A stretch of 63,536 bases of DNA, filler included, from Octopus bimaculoides (Eukaryota), in assembly GCF_001194135.2 (NCBI RefSeq). It is 7 parts of 7 records of this genome, joined end to end, with 100 filler letters (N's around TTAATTAATTAA, not from the genome) between each part and the next. Parts side by side here need not be neighbours in the genome. Positions count along the whole stretch, not along the records: positions 1 to 25,116 come from NC_069005.1; 6 more parts are not named here. One strand, 5' to 3'. Under the pieces are notes generated by a model. That model saw nothing but the letters and a program-made list of their open reading frames with translations, was not told where the DNA came from and did not search any database. The position numbers were made by a program, and so were the translations under genes. How positions within the stretch are numbered: the stretch's first letter is position 1; every line of letters starts with the position of its first letter. Below, in pieces: positions 1 through 10,769 of the stretch.

Positions 1-280
1 AAGCATTTCACCCAGCGGGCTAACGATTCTGCCAGTACACCACCGCCTTACTAACAAGAGAATAGTGCTTTCAAGGCCAGCAATTTCTGATGTGGGGCGT
101 GGGGGGGGGGGACCTGTAGATCGACTAGATCGACTCCAGTGCTCAACTGGTACTTATTTCATCGACTCTGAAAGGGGAAGTCGACTTCGTGTGGAATTTG
201 AACTCAGAACATAACGACGGGCGAAATGCCGCTAAGCATTTTGCCTGGCGTGCCAACGATTCTGCCAGCTCGCCGACTTA
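1..280 (-). mobile_element. Two adjacent copies of tRNA-derived SINE family A (about 1-45 and 60-280)
   Basis: Reverse complement of the family-A consensus seen intact at 31871 (ggcgagctggcagaa.cgttagcacgcc..gaaatgcttagc...gttctgagttcaaattcc...gtcgact). Confidence 0.8.
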
Positions 281-684
281 CTAATAATAAAATATTGAAA
301 ACAAGCCGAGAATTCTACAAAACTGCTTACAGTACAGTTATGTCGGCAGGTCATATTTCATTATACTTCCTCCTTCAACATACATAACCCATACCTGATA
401 CACGTCTAACATAATTTAATGACTATGTTGCCTTAAAGAAACGGGTTTTTTTTTTTGTTTTATTTTAATTATCTAAACGAAAAAATTCATCTAACAAGAT
501 GAAAAACAACGAGTGGGTGACAACAAAACCACAGCCAGATATACGAGTTAAACAAGTGTATGGATCATCCGCTTGACCAAAATATAACAACCACAAAGTT
601 GATTTGAAAGAAGATAAAATCGGAATAAAGTACTCCCATTACGTGGTTTATTTATGATAAATTTATGGTTTCATACTTCTTTAG

Positions 685-811
685 AGTTTACTGTCACTAT
701 ATACATTTTACCTCCCTACAAAACCACATAAAAATAGTTTTCTATGGCCGTATGACGAAACATAATAATTCTCCACCACAAGCACGCAGACACATATTTG
801 TTAAAATACGG
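685..811 (+). CDS. Candidate internal exon of an unidentified gene (VYCHYIHFTSLQNHIKIVFYGRMTKHNNSPPQARRHIFVKIR)
   Basis: Pyrimidine-rich acceptor ttcatacttctttag, donor CGG|gtgagt, open frame of 1+126 nt. No homology recognised. Confidence 0.3.
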
Positions 812-1095
812 GTGAGTTTTATACGAAAGTGGGTCTTGTAAGTCGGCGAATATGGTAATTAAAAGGCGGATTTGAATGTTCTCCCACTGTTCTCCAGCAT
901 CGTGAATAAACATTTTGAATAAACTATTCTGAATTTAAACACAGTGATTAGATAAAAAAAAAAAAAGAATAATGATAAAATTGAACAACGAAACATTTGT
1001 ATCACAAATCAGCAGTGGGGAGTATTTTGTGTAAATGTCAAAAGCATTATTTCCACTCCAACTAAAAAATTAGATTTATAGCAATTCGTTCAGAA

Positions 1096-1625
1096 GAGCC
1101 AGTGGTTGCTTAATACAAGGTTTGACCCTGATAGGGTAAACGTATATTGAAGAGCAATCCAGTTTCCAGGGACATGTTTAATGTGAGAATTTGAGCCAGT
1201 AGTTGCTTAATACAAGGTTGACCCTGATAGGGCAAGCATATATTGAAAAGCAATCCAGTTCCAAGAACATGTTTAATGTGAGAATTTGAGCCAGTAGTTG
1301 CTTAATACAAGGTTGACCCTGATAGGGCAAACATATATTGAAAAGCAATCCAGTTCCAAGAACATGTTTAATGTGAGAATTTGAGCCAGTAGTTGCNNNN
1401 NNNNNNGACATGTTTAATGTGAGAATTTGAGCCAGTAGTTGCTTAATACAAGGTTGACCCTGATAGGGCAAGCATATATTGAAAAGCAATCCAGTTCCAA
1501 GAACATGTTTAATGTGAGAATTTGAGCCAGTAGTTGCTTAATACAAGGTTGACCCTGATAGGGCAAACATATATTGAAAAGCAATCCAGTTCCAAGAACA
1601 TGTTTAATGTGAGAATTTGAGCCAG
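1096..1625. repeat. 95-bp tandem repeat, about 5.5 copies, interrupted by a 10-N gap
   Basis: Unit gagccagtagttgcttaatacaaggttgaccctgatagggc...gtgagaattt restarts at 1096, 1193, 1288, 1383, 1429, 1524 and 1619. Confidence 0.95.
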
Positions 1626-1893
1626 GCCAGAAGGTATCAATGTTCTGGTAGCTTTAAGAGCTTGACCAGTTGTTGTCGCTATTTTTGTTACTGTTTAGAC
1701 TACATCAGACCTGTGAACAAAGGTGTTCCATATTGATCCTCCAAAACTTTAATGGGCATCCAAAACTTAACCGCCGGACGTCCCATTCCCAAGGGTGCTA
1801 CAAAGCAGAATTAGAGACTTAGCTGCTGTGTGACCTTTCTTAGTGTACAATACAGTATTATTTGAGATTTAGTTGCTGTGTGTCCGTTCCTAG

Positions 1894-2020
1894 TAGGGTC
1901 GGACTGAACCGTCGGTCAATCGGGCACTGCCCGAAGGTCCGGAGCTCCGAGGGGCCCGCACTCTACATGTTAACACATATTCCAGACAGGCCCGATAAAC
2001 AGTTCTGCCCGAGGACCCTA
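1894..2020. mobile_element. Possible small GC-rich MITE
   Basis: Ends tagggtc (1894) and gacccta (2020) are inverted, with an internal palindrome tcgggca-c-tgcccga. No TSD seen. Confidence 0.25.
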
Positions 2021-2174
2021 AATACTCTCAGTCCGCCCCTGAGTGTACAAGACAGTAGAATTAGAGATGTTACAAGTATTTTTAACAAACGAAGTGACCA
2101 TACAGACGATCTCTCATTGGCTCGACCTAACGAGTTTATTTGAAATAAATGGAAGCATCTGAAGAAATGTTTGC

Positions 2175-2300
2175 CACATGGCCGCAGCCGTGGCCGTGTA
2201 GTTAAGAAGCTTGCTTCCCAGTTATGGGGTCTCGAGTTCAGTCTATGTGCGCAGTACCTTGAGCAAATATCTTCTACTAAAGCCTGGACCGACCAAAGCC
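2175..2300 (+). mobile_element. SINE family B head (diverged)
   Basis: gtggccgtgtagttaagaagcttgcttccc...gttcagtc...cttgagcaaatatcttctacta matches the B copies at 6494, 14375, 21905 and 63172. Confidence 0.7.
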
Positions 2301-2390
2301 TAGATTATCCAATTCTGGGTTGTCCTTTATCTAATGTTCTTCCTTAAGACGAATTTTTTTTATGTTTGCTGCCCTCACACATCTTTGCCA

Positions 2391-2421
<31 letters not shown>

Positions 2422-2426
<5 letters not shown>

Positions 2427-2671
2427 TGTCCACAAAGTCTTTAGACAATTACGAAAAACTTAGGTTAATGTTTACATCTTGACCCGGAAATGAAAATCCC
2501 CAAAAAAACTGGAATGGGTGTATAACAATGTGTAGGAAACGAATATGAAGGAAAAAATACGCACAAATCAACGGGAAGGTGGGGAGAGGACTTCGGAAAA
2601 TTCACAAGATCCGAGCTTTTTCCTCGTAACTTTTAAGAAAATGGGGTTCTTTGTCAATGAAATTTTATAGA
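2422..2671 (+). mobile_element. Probable Tc1/mariner-type element end running into a gap
   Basis: Begins cagaatgtccacaaagtc, resembling Tc1/mariner TIR starts (CAGGGTGTCC...). The other end is not visible. Confidence 0.3.
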
Positions 2672-3974
2672 NNNNNNNNNNNNNNNNNNNNNNNNNNNNN
2701 NNNNNNNNNNNNNNNNNNNNNNNNNNNNNNNNNNNNNNNNNNNNNNNNNNNNNNNNNNNNNNNNNNNNNNNNNNNNNNNNNNNNNNNNNNNNNNNNNNNN
2801 NNNNNNNNNNNNNNNNNNNNNNNNNNNNNNNNNNNNNNNNNNNNNNNNNNNNNNNNNNNNNNNNNNNNNNNNNNNNNNNNNNNNNNNNNNNNNNNNNNNN
2901 NNNNNNNNNNNNNNNNNNNNNNNNNNNNNNNNNNNNNNNNNNNNNNNNNNNNNNNNNNNNNNNNNNNNNNNNNNNNNNNNNNNNNNNNNNNNNNNNNNNN
3001 NNNNNNNNNNNNNNNNNNNNNNNNNNNNNNNNNNNNNNNNNNNNNNNNNNNNNNNNNNNNNNNNNNNNNNNNNNNNNNNNNNNNNNNNNNNNNNNNNNNN
3101 NNNNNNNNNNNNNNNNNNNNNNNNNNNNNNNNNNNNNNNNNNNNNNNNNNNNNNNNNNNNNNNNNNNNNNNNNNNNNNNNNNNNNNNNNNNNNNNNNNNN
3201 NNNNNNNNNNNNNNNNNNNNNNNNNNNNNNNNNNNNNNNNNNNNNNNNNNNNNNNNNNNNNNNNNNNNNNNNNNNNNNNNNNNNNNNNNNNNNNNNNNNN
3301 NNNNNNNNNNNNNNNTATATATATATATATACATACATCCATATACATATATATATATACACACACACACATATATATATACATACATACGTACACACAT
3401 ACACACACACACATACATACACACATACAGATACGTTTCCGAAGAAATCTTTTTAAAAAAATGCACTTTCGAAGGTGAGGTGCGAATCTACATCAGCCCC
3501 CTTTCTTTACACATATTTTAAGATGACATTTTGCAGAGTGTGTATTACATTAGATTGAAAAAAAATCAAAGATGTTTGAAAAGAATAATAAACTTCATTA
3601 TAAAAATTAGTGGTAACGATGTCTGAACAAAAAAACCATGTTAGTATTTGTATGAAACAAGTCAAAGTGTATTAAAACAATATATTTTACATACCTGCTA
3701 AAATTACTGCATGTATAGATCCCAGGATGTATAAGAACTCAGCTGTAGCAATTTTTCGCGCCGAAATTTTAAACGGGTAACTAGTACGCTTCGATCTCGT
3801 GTGGAGAGAGGGGGAGAGAGTGAGTAAAGTGTGTTTTGTCATTTATGTATATATATATATTTTTTTTGCATGTATAATATAAATTTTGAAATGCAGATTC
3901 TTTTGCAGATTCGGAATCTCCGCCCTCGATATAGTGCGTTGATGTAAAAATTTAAAAAAATAAAAATATCCCAA

Positions 3975-4230
3975 AGGAGGTGCAGTCCATGATCTTTACC
4001 TCAGCCGATTTGTACCTGCTCCGGTGACAGAGCTATGAAATTTTGGGAATGATTTACCGTATGGTGAATGTAACCGAGTATGTGGAGATTACAATTGCCT
4101 GCCAAATTGTCAGTCATAACAGTAATTCTCTCCAACGTCTCTGTACTCCTATCAAGTACACGTTGAAGAAATCCTTTTCTGGTTGTGGTGTCATAACATC
4201 CGACAACCCAAGTTTTGCGACACATTCTTC
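3975..4230 (-). pseudogene. Second, divergent Merlin/ISXO2 transposase remnant in opposite orientation
   Basis: TWVVGCYDTTTRKGFLQRVLDRSTETL...VMTDNLAG...LGYIHHTVNHSQNF, then VTGAGTNRL in a shifted frame. These are the same motif blocks as the + copy with a different sequence. Confidence 0.75.
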
Positions 4231-4348
4231 ACATTTTCTATATAAGTATGTACCTTAAAAGACATCCATCATCACCTTCACTCGCTCTATCTCTTTCCCT
4301 TTCTCGCTCACACACAGACACACAAAATCCTAATTTTGCTCTGACATC

Positions 4349-5357
4349 ATGGCTCTATGCAACTGTTGCAATATCATTCTTTATGAAGGAGTTCTCTGTT
4401 TCCACGGTAAAAATAATACTGCCATTACATTTTTCATGGAACATAGTGTCCTGCCGTTTACCCACAATTGTCCGACATGTAATTTTCCATGTATTTTGCG
4501 CGAGGAAACGAACATGTGGCGTTGCCGTAGGATGGTACGATGACGTCACCAATCCAGAAAGGAGTGTGGATATTCTGAATCTTTATTGAAGAACTCCTTT
4601 CTGGAAAACATCCATTTTCTACCTTGGGAGATTTTGCTTTTCGTGAATCACTTCCTCAGCATAGCTTGGTCGCACAGATTAATCGAGGAAAATCTCGGAT
4701 TCTGCTGTAAAACCTCTGTAGATTGGCCGTCTTTCTGTGCTGAGGTCTGCCAGTTTGGGGCAGAAAACCACCAAAATATGATCAGAGGAGATGGGGTTGA
4801 AATTGAGATCGATGAAACGGTTCTGGTCCATCGAAAATATCAACGGTGTAGAATAATCAAAACGGTTTGGCTATTTGGTGGACTGGAACGCTTGACGATG
4901 AGAGCGTTTATGGTTCCACTTTTGACCAAATGTGGCGAGGGCAACAGAAGGGATGCTGACATCCTCATTCCTATCATTAGACGCTACATCAGGCCGGGAT
5001 CAATAGTTTATAGTGACTGTTGGCGTGCGTATAGTAACTTGAGCAGCATGGGTTATACACACTATCAGGTTAATCACGCTGAACATTTACTTTGTGGATC
5101 CCCATAATCCAGCTATTCACACTCAGAATGTTGAGCATTTATGGGGAAGCCTGAAAAAGTGCATTGTTTGTCCTGGAATGAGATCGAAGTATCTCAAACA
5201 GTATGTCGTTAGGTTACTTTTTATACGGGCCATCTCACCGTCAACTCAGCGAATTCGTAAGTTTCTTTTGGAAGCTGGAAGACTGTATCCATGTTCCTGG
5301 GGACACGGAAGAATTAGTTCTAGATGTTCAATCACCCTTAACCTTTTTCTGTCATGA
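4349..5357 (+). pseudogene. Merlin/ISXO2-like DDE transposase pseudogene
   Basis: ORFs 4349-4543 and 4586-5107 are in one frame, split by a TGA, followed by a frameshift to 5094-5357. N-terminal CPTC..C..C zinc ribbon, then VEIEIDET, WLFGGLER, IRPGSIVYSDCWRAYSNL, YTHYQVNH and HTQNVEHLW. Confidence 0.9.
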
Positions 5358-5913
5358 AACGATATTCAACACCATATTTATGAAACCATTCGGATAAGTT
5401 TTTACAAGTGCACCGCCACGCAGTTCATAAAAAAAACCTCGGATTTCTCGCGTGTAATCACCTACCCTGACCTCCTAATCTGCCGCAAACCCCTTATTTT
5501 TCTTCGAAAAAAAGGATGGGGTAGGAAACTGGAACCCCTCCTCCCTGAAATTATTTGAAAATGTGCATAAATAGAATATATATTGTACAGGCCAAAAAAA
5601 AAACAAACATAAATGACAAAGCACACTTTTACTCACTCTCTCTCCACACGAAATCGAAGCGTACTTGTTACTTGCTTCAAATTTCTGCGCGAAAAATTGC
5701 TACATACACACAAACACCTACCTACCTACCTGCATTCATGCATACATACACACAAACACATACATATACACACACATACATACATATACACACATATACA
5801 TACATATATACATACATATACAGGGGAGAATTCACAAAAAAAACAAAAGGCGAAAACAGGTGGTGTAGACAACAAACAGATGTATTAGTTTAACGCTCGG
5901 GAAGTGAAAAAGT

Positions 5914-5949
5914 CTTTAACGTTTCGAGCCTACGCTCTTCCACAGAAAG
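5914..5949 (-). ncRNA. Minimal hammerhead-like motif with variant core CUGUGGA
   Basis: CUUU-CUGUGGA-A-GAGC(GUAG)GCUC-GAAAC-GUU-AAAG on the minus strand. Confidence 0.4.
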
Positions 5950-6049
5950 GAACGCAGAAAGAAACAGGGAGAGAAAATAAAGAATGTGTAGTGGCTACAC
6001 ACATACATACATACATACATGCATAAGTGTTTTTTTTATTCTCGTGTTC

Positions 6050-6085
6050 CTTTCTGTTGAAGAGCGTAGGCTCGAAACGTAAAAG
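6050..6085 (+). ncRNA. Minimal hammerhead-like motif with variant core CUGUUGA
   Basis: CUUU-CUGUUGA-A-GAGC(GUAG)GCUC-GAAAC-GUA-AAAG. Stem I is CUUU/AAAG, stem II is 4 bp, and helix III has no loop. Confidence 0.45.
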
Positions 6086-6493
6086 ACTTTCTCACCTTCC
6101 TGGTTATTTATACACCTATCTTCGTCTTTTGTTTTTCTGTAAATTTCAACTATGCACACACACACACACACACATACATGAATAACCGGAGAGTTTTTAA
6201 TGTGAAAAAAAAAATGGCTGGCCCAACACATATATACTGACAGACATCACATGTCGTAATACTGAGTGTAACACCCCAACCACTAGACCATACGCCCTCA
6301 TTAGACCAATAAATAGAAACTGTACAAAATGAAACTTGAAGTTTAAAAAAAGAATTCTGCGTGTCAGTGTGCATGAATACACACCCAACATTCTCATTTT
6401 CACTCTAAATTCTGATATAATCGTGATCCACATCTTATGAAAGGTATTTGTAGGAAATTCCATTGCTAAAGATATCCAAAAGGTCATATCCAT

Positions 6494-6700
6494 AGGCGCA
6501 GGCGTAGCTGTGTGGTAAGAAGCTTGCTTCCCAATCACGTAGTTCCGAGTTTAGTCCCACTGCATGGTTCCTTAGGCAAGTGTCTTCTACTACAGCCTCG
6601 GAGCGTCCACAGCCTTGTGAGTGGATTTGGTAGACGGAAACTGAAAGAAGCCCGTCGTACATGTGTGTGTGGGAGGGCGGTTTGTGTGTGTGTGTGTGCG
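6494..6700 (+). mobile_element. SINE family B head plus (TG)n
   Basis: ggcgcaggcgtagctgtgtggtaagaagcttgcttccc...gttccgagtttagtccc...ggcaagtgtcttctac...gacggaaactgaaagaagcccgtcg. Confidence 0.85.
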
Positions 6701-6714
6701 TTTGTGACATTTAG

Positions 6715-7339
6715 AAATGTCGATTTTTGCCAATTTTTTTGCAGATTCGTATTATTAATTTTGCCATGAAGGGAAACCATTGGGCCACGTGATTTCCAAA
6801 ATATACACCACCCCAGATCGTCACAGATCCTCCTCCATGTTTAACAGTTGGAAGAAGGCAGTCTAGGTCAAATGCTTCTTTTGGCTGTCTCCATACGTAT
6901 ACTCGGCCGGTGATCGGAAATAGGGTAAAGGATGACTCGTTCACGTAAGAGTCCGACGGTCTCTATCTGAAAGTTTTGGTTTTCTTCCGGGGTTTGGTTT
7001 CGACGAGGAGGTTTTCCTCTCTTTCTCAAAGGCTGTCATTACTTTCGAGACAGTACTTATTGATACACCAAACATTTCTGCTGTTTTCGTTACGCTAGCG
7101 CCTGCCATACGAGCACCAACAATTTGACGTCTTTGAAAGTCCGATAGATCTGTCATTTTAATGAATTTTAATTACCTTTTTCTGATGATATCTGAAAAGA
7201 AACAGCAATTTTAGCAAAACATATTAAGCAACATTAATAATAAATCAAAAAAACAAAAATAAACAAGCTTTTGACGGTTTTATAGATGTTTCAAAATTAT
7301 GATGCTAGGGTGTTTCCATTATTTTGTCCAACCCCTGTA
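6715..7339 (-). mobile_element. Tc1-family transposon relic, internally deleted, one TIR
   Basis: TIR TA-caggggttggacaaaataatggaaacacc reads inward from 7339. HTH region MTDLSDFQRRQIVGARMAGASVTKTAEMFGVSISTVSKV..GRKPKLSDRDRRTL (6941-7156) is joined to DDE-region RVYVWRQPKEAFDLDCLLPTVKHGGGSVTIWG. Confidence 0.9.
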
Positions 7340-7811
7340 TATGTTTGTGTGTGTGTGTGTGTGTGTGTGTTTATCATGTTGATAATATAAATCGACATTT
7401 CACAAATTTTCCGCTTTGCTAGCGATCACTCTGTATATATACTTTGGATCTTTATGATTTGACGGGCAACATTTTTTTATGTAGTGTTTTTGGTAGCGAA
7501 ACACTTTCAAACTTCGAATACTTGTATATTTTGTGTTATAGAACAGATAAAAAAATTTGTATTCGAAGTTATTTCATGTAAAAAATTGTCGTATTTCGGT
7601 AATTTCAACCAATCACTGACGTCTATTGAGGTGAAAACAATTACGCCGTGGAATGTAAACAACGGTGTTACGGGATTTTTCCCTTGAATAAAATTAGTGC
7701 CGATGTTTGTCAACAAAAACTATCCGTTGTCAACAACAACTATCAGCGGTATATATTTCGTTTGTCACTGTTATTTATGACATCGTTCGTGCGTTTGTAC
7801 TGGTTTTAGCT

Positions 7812-7855
7812 TTAGGGTTTTAGGGTTAGGGTTCGTGTTTTAGAGTTAGGGTTAG
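7812..7855 (+). repeat. Degenerate interstitial TTAGGG repeats
   Basis: ttagggttttagggttagggttcgtgttttagagttagggttag. Confidence 0.7.
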
Positions 7856-7865
7856 TTTTATTAAA

Positions 7866-8080
7866 GTTGCAAAATTATTACAAAACTATTATTCAGACTT
7901 TCACATTCCCGTTCGTCGGAGATTTGTAACAAATACTGGATTCAGTGTTTATCACAAGTCTCCGACGAACGGGAACGTGAAACTAATTAACAGTTTTGTA
8001 ATAATCTTGCAGCTGTAATAAAAGCATATTACTCTACCTTTGGTATTCGCCTACTATTTTCTTCGACCTTGTTTTGCATT
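7866..8080. mobile_element. Inverted repeat with two CCGACGA hammerhead-like motifs, homologous to 16875-17010
   Basis: Arms about 7866-7926 and 7955-8012. Motifs ccgacga-acg(ggaa)cgt-gaaac at 7962-7983 (+) and ccgacga-acg(ggaa)tgt-gaaag at 7898-7919 (-). Downstream aataaagcatattactctac is shared with about 16943. Confidence 0.55.
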
Positions 8081-8133
8081 AACGAGATAATGGCATGGAG
8101 TTTGAGCGAGACTTCAGCTGCTATTTCTAATAT

Positions 8134-8437
8134 GTGGAGGCGCAATGGCCCAGTGGTTAGGGCAGCGAACTCGCGGTTTCGATTCCCAGACCGGGCGCTG
8201 TGAGTGTTTATTGAGCGAAAACACCCAAAGCTCCACGANNNNNNNNNNAGACCGGGCGCTGTGAGTGTTTATTGAGCGAAAACACCCAAAGCTCCACGAG
8301 GCTCCGGCAGGGGATGGTGGCGAACCCTGCTGTACTCTTCCACCACAGCTTTCTCCCACTCTTACTTCCTGTTTCGTTGTGTCTGTAATTCAAAAGGTCA
8401 GCCTTGTCACACTCTGTGTCACGCTGAATATCCCCGA
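8134..8437 (+). mobile_element. tRNA-derived SINE family C
   Basis: gtggaggcgcaatggcccagtggttagggcagcg (A box), ggtttcgattccc (B box). The body matches 9080, 19921 and 41996. Confidence 0.9.
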
Positions 8438-8447
8438 NNNNNNNNNN

Positions 8448-8492
<45 letters not shown>

Positions 8493-9079
8493 ATTAAATT
8501 ATATATGATGCACTTTATTGCGTGATCCCCGGCCTCTGTTCGTGGAAAAATTGTCTTCCAAGAAACGTGTCCGTGATATGATTGGAGCGTTTAAAGACGA
8601 TACGAAATGAGAGACGTGCGAAAGTTTCGTGTTGTCATGACTTATTTCCCTTGCATCATGTTTGATGTTGTGTGTGATGAGTTTCTGTTCACATGAACAG
8701 CTGCTGAAGGAGTCGCTACATGATCATATACTAGAAATAGCAGCTAACATCCTCACTCAAACTCCATTCTACTGTCTTGGAAACACACACAAATAAATAC
8801 ATACTTCTCTTGTGTCGTGTTGACTGTAGCATACATTGGTCTATCACAAAAGGGACTTTTTTACTCCCTTACCTTTACTCCCTCCCCTTACTTAGCGGTC
8901 ATTCTAATAGCTCTTTTGTCTTAATAACGGTCACCCACACAGTAATTTCCCTTTGTTTAACGGTTACTAATTTCATACTAAGACAAATAAAATTTCATAC
9001 CCAGACAAATAAAATTAAGAACTGCAAAAAAATTCAGTTTAAAGTGGGCAAGTAATATTTCATGCATGTGCGTTTTATC

Positions 9080-9380
9080 GGAGGCGCAATGGCCCAGTGG
9101 TTAGGGCAGTGGACTCACGGTCGGAAGATCGCGGTTTCGATTCCCAAACCGGGCAGTGTGTGTGTTTATTGAGCGAAAACACCTAAAGCTTCACGAGGCT
9201 CCGGTAGGGTGGTGATGGCGACCCCTGTAGTACTCTTTCGCCCCAACTTTCTCTCACTCTTTTTTCCTGTTTCTTGAGTAATGCTGCGATGGACTAGCGT
9301 CCCGCTGGGGGGAACACATACACCATAGAAACCGGGGAAACCGGGCCCATGAGTCTGGCTCGGCTTTAAAAGGGCGCATA
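9080..9380 (+). mobile_element. SINE family C variant with a different 3' part
   Basis: Same tRNA head and body up to about 9270, then ctgcgatggactagcgtccc...cccatgagtctggctcggctttaaaagggc. Confidence 0.8.
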
Positions 9381-9739
9381 AAAATTTTTTTAAATGTGTT
9401 TTATCACTTGGAAATGGTACAATGCGGTGGAGGGTGGGGCAGATGACGGAAAGTTGCCCATCCCTGGTCTAAGGTATATAAACATACCTGTAGCTAGTTT
9501 TTGTTGTTCTCATAATAATATTGTGTCAGAAAGTTTCAGAGTACATCTATGGTCTGATAAACTGGTACAATTCTACTTAGGATGGAACTGTGTCAGTAAT
9601 CTGTTATAGAAAAGCAGTCATCCTTAATGTTTTATAATGTATGCTATTGTTGTTAAATAAAATGTTAATTGTGTTTATAAAGCCATGAGTGTGTTGTGTG
9701 AGTTTGAATGGTTGTGTGTGTCTGTGTGTCTGTGTGTGC

Positions 9740-10320
9740 GCATGAAAGATGATGAAAGCTGAGCAGAAAAGATCAGTGTCACTATAACAGAGAGAATGTC
9801 AGGAAGAGAAAGAGAGAGAAAGAAAGAGAGAGTGAGAGAGAGAGAGAGAGACAGAATGACAGACAGACAGAAAGAAATAGAGAAAGAGAGAGAGAGAGAG
9901 AGGAAGAGAAAGAGAATAAGAAAAAAACAGAGAGACAGACAATATGTGAAAGAGACATAGAGAAGAACAGAGAGAGAAAGAGAATGAGAGAGAAAGCGAA
10001 ACATAGAAAGACAAACAGTAAGAGAAAGAGAATGATAGGAGAGAGAGAGAGAGAAACAGAGACAGACAATAACAGAAAGAGACAGAGAAAAAGAAGAGAG
10101 AGAGAGAAAGAGAAACAGAGAGACAGACAATAAGAGAAAGTGACTGAGAAAAGGAGAGACAGACAGACAATAAGAGAAAGAGACAGAGGAGAGAGGGAGA
10201 GAGACAGACAAACAGATAGAGACAGAGTAACAGACAGAGGGACTGAGAGATGATCAAAGAGACCAATGAGAGATGGCGAGAGAGACAGAGATAGAGTGCG
10301 AAGGAGACAAGGAGAGATTC
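9740..10320. repeat. (AG)n / AGAC-rich low-complexity tract
   Basis: Purine-rich degenerate microsatellite. It produces the S/L-rich spurious ORFs. Confidence 0.9.
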
Positions 10321-10769
10321 TGTTAAGCTTCTAAGTTTACCAAGCATGATCAGATGGGTTTTTTGTTTTTTGGTGGTGGTGGTCATTATTGTTGTCATAG
10401 TGGTTACTTGGGGTTGCACATGCAGGAACTTAATCCAGAGATTTCAACCTCGAAATTTGATTCTTTTAATCGCATTCAGAGAAAATCATTCGACTAGACT
10501 GCTTAAATCTACGTTTTACTAACTCCTAGACAAATTAATAGGTGTCCAGTCCTATTGACCGTTTTCGCAACTAAAGCTGATTTGTCTTAATCTCTTTCGA
10601 TATCTGAGACCACTTCTGATTCTATGATACAAACTTACTGTTTTAAAGTGATCAAGTTTAAAACTTAACCACAAAATTCCGTGTTGATAGCAACAGCGAC
10701 AATGATGATGACGATGACAACGACGACCACCACTACCACCAAAAAACCGAAATCAAATGGAAATTGTAA

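Larger units (their letters stand above)
3744..5704 (+). mobile_element. Merlin (IS1595/ISXO2-like) DNA transposon with long TIRs
   Basis: tgtagcaatttttcgcgccgaaatttt...gtacgcttcgatctcgtgtggagagag...gtcatttatg (from 3744) is the reverse complement of cataaatgacaaagcacac...ctctccacacgaaatcgaagcgtac...gcgcgaaaaattgctaca (to 5704). It encloses ISXO2-type transposase sequence. No clear TSD. Confidence 0.85.
5820..6152. mobile_element. Inverted pair of Penelope-type terminal repeats around a (CATA)n spacer
   Basis: About 5820-5995 is the diverged reverse complement of about 6027-6152. Each arm carries a hammerhead-like motif. Confidence 0.6.

Noticed and set aside
1096-1625. 95-bp array as a CRISPR array
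   Set aside because: The whole unit repeats, with no unique spacers and no cas genes, in eukaryotic context.
8134-8190. SINE heads as tRNA genes (also 9080, 20230, 41996, 59408)
   Set aside because: A/B boxes are present but continue into shared SINE bodies, with no complete cloverleaf.
8187-8300. Internal duplication within SINE C
   Set aside because: The two copies sit either side of a 10-N gap, so this is probably overlapping contig ends.
9394-9609. 71-aa ORF as an exon
   Set aside because: No acceptor site and no recognisable homology. The minus-strand splice-bounded reading has stops in all frames.
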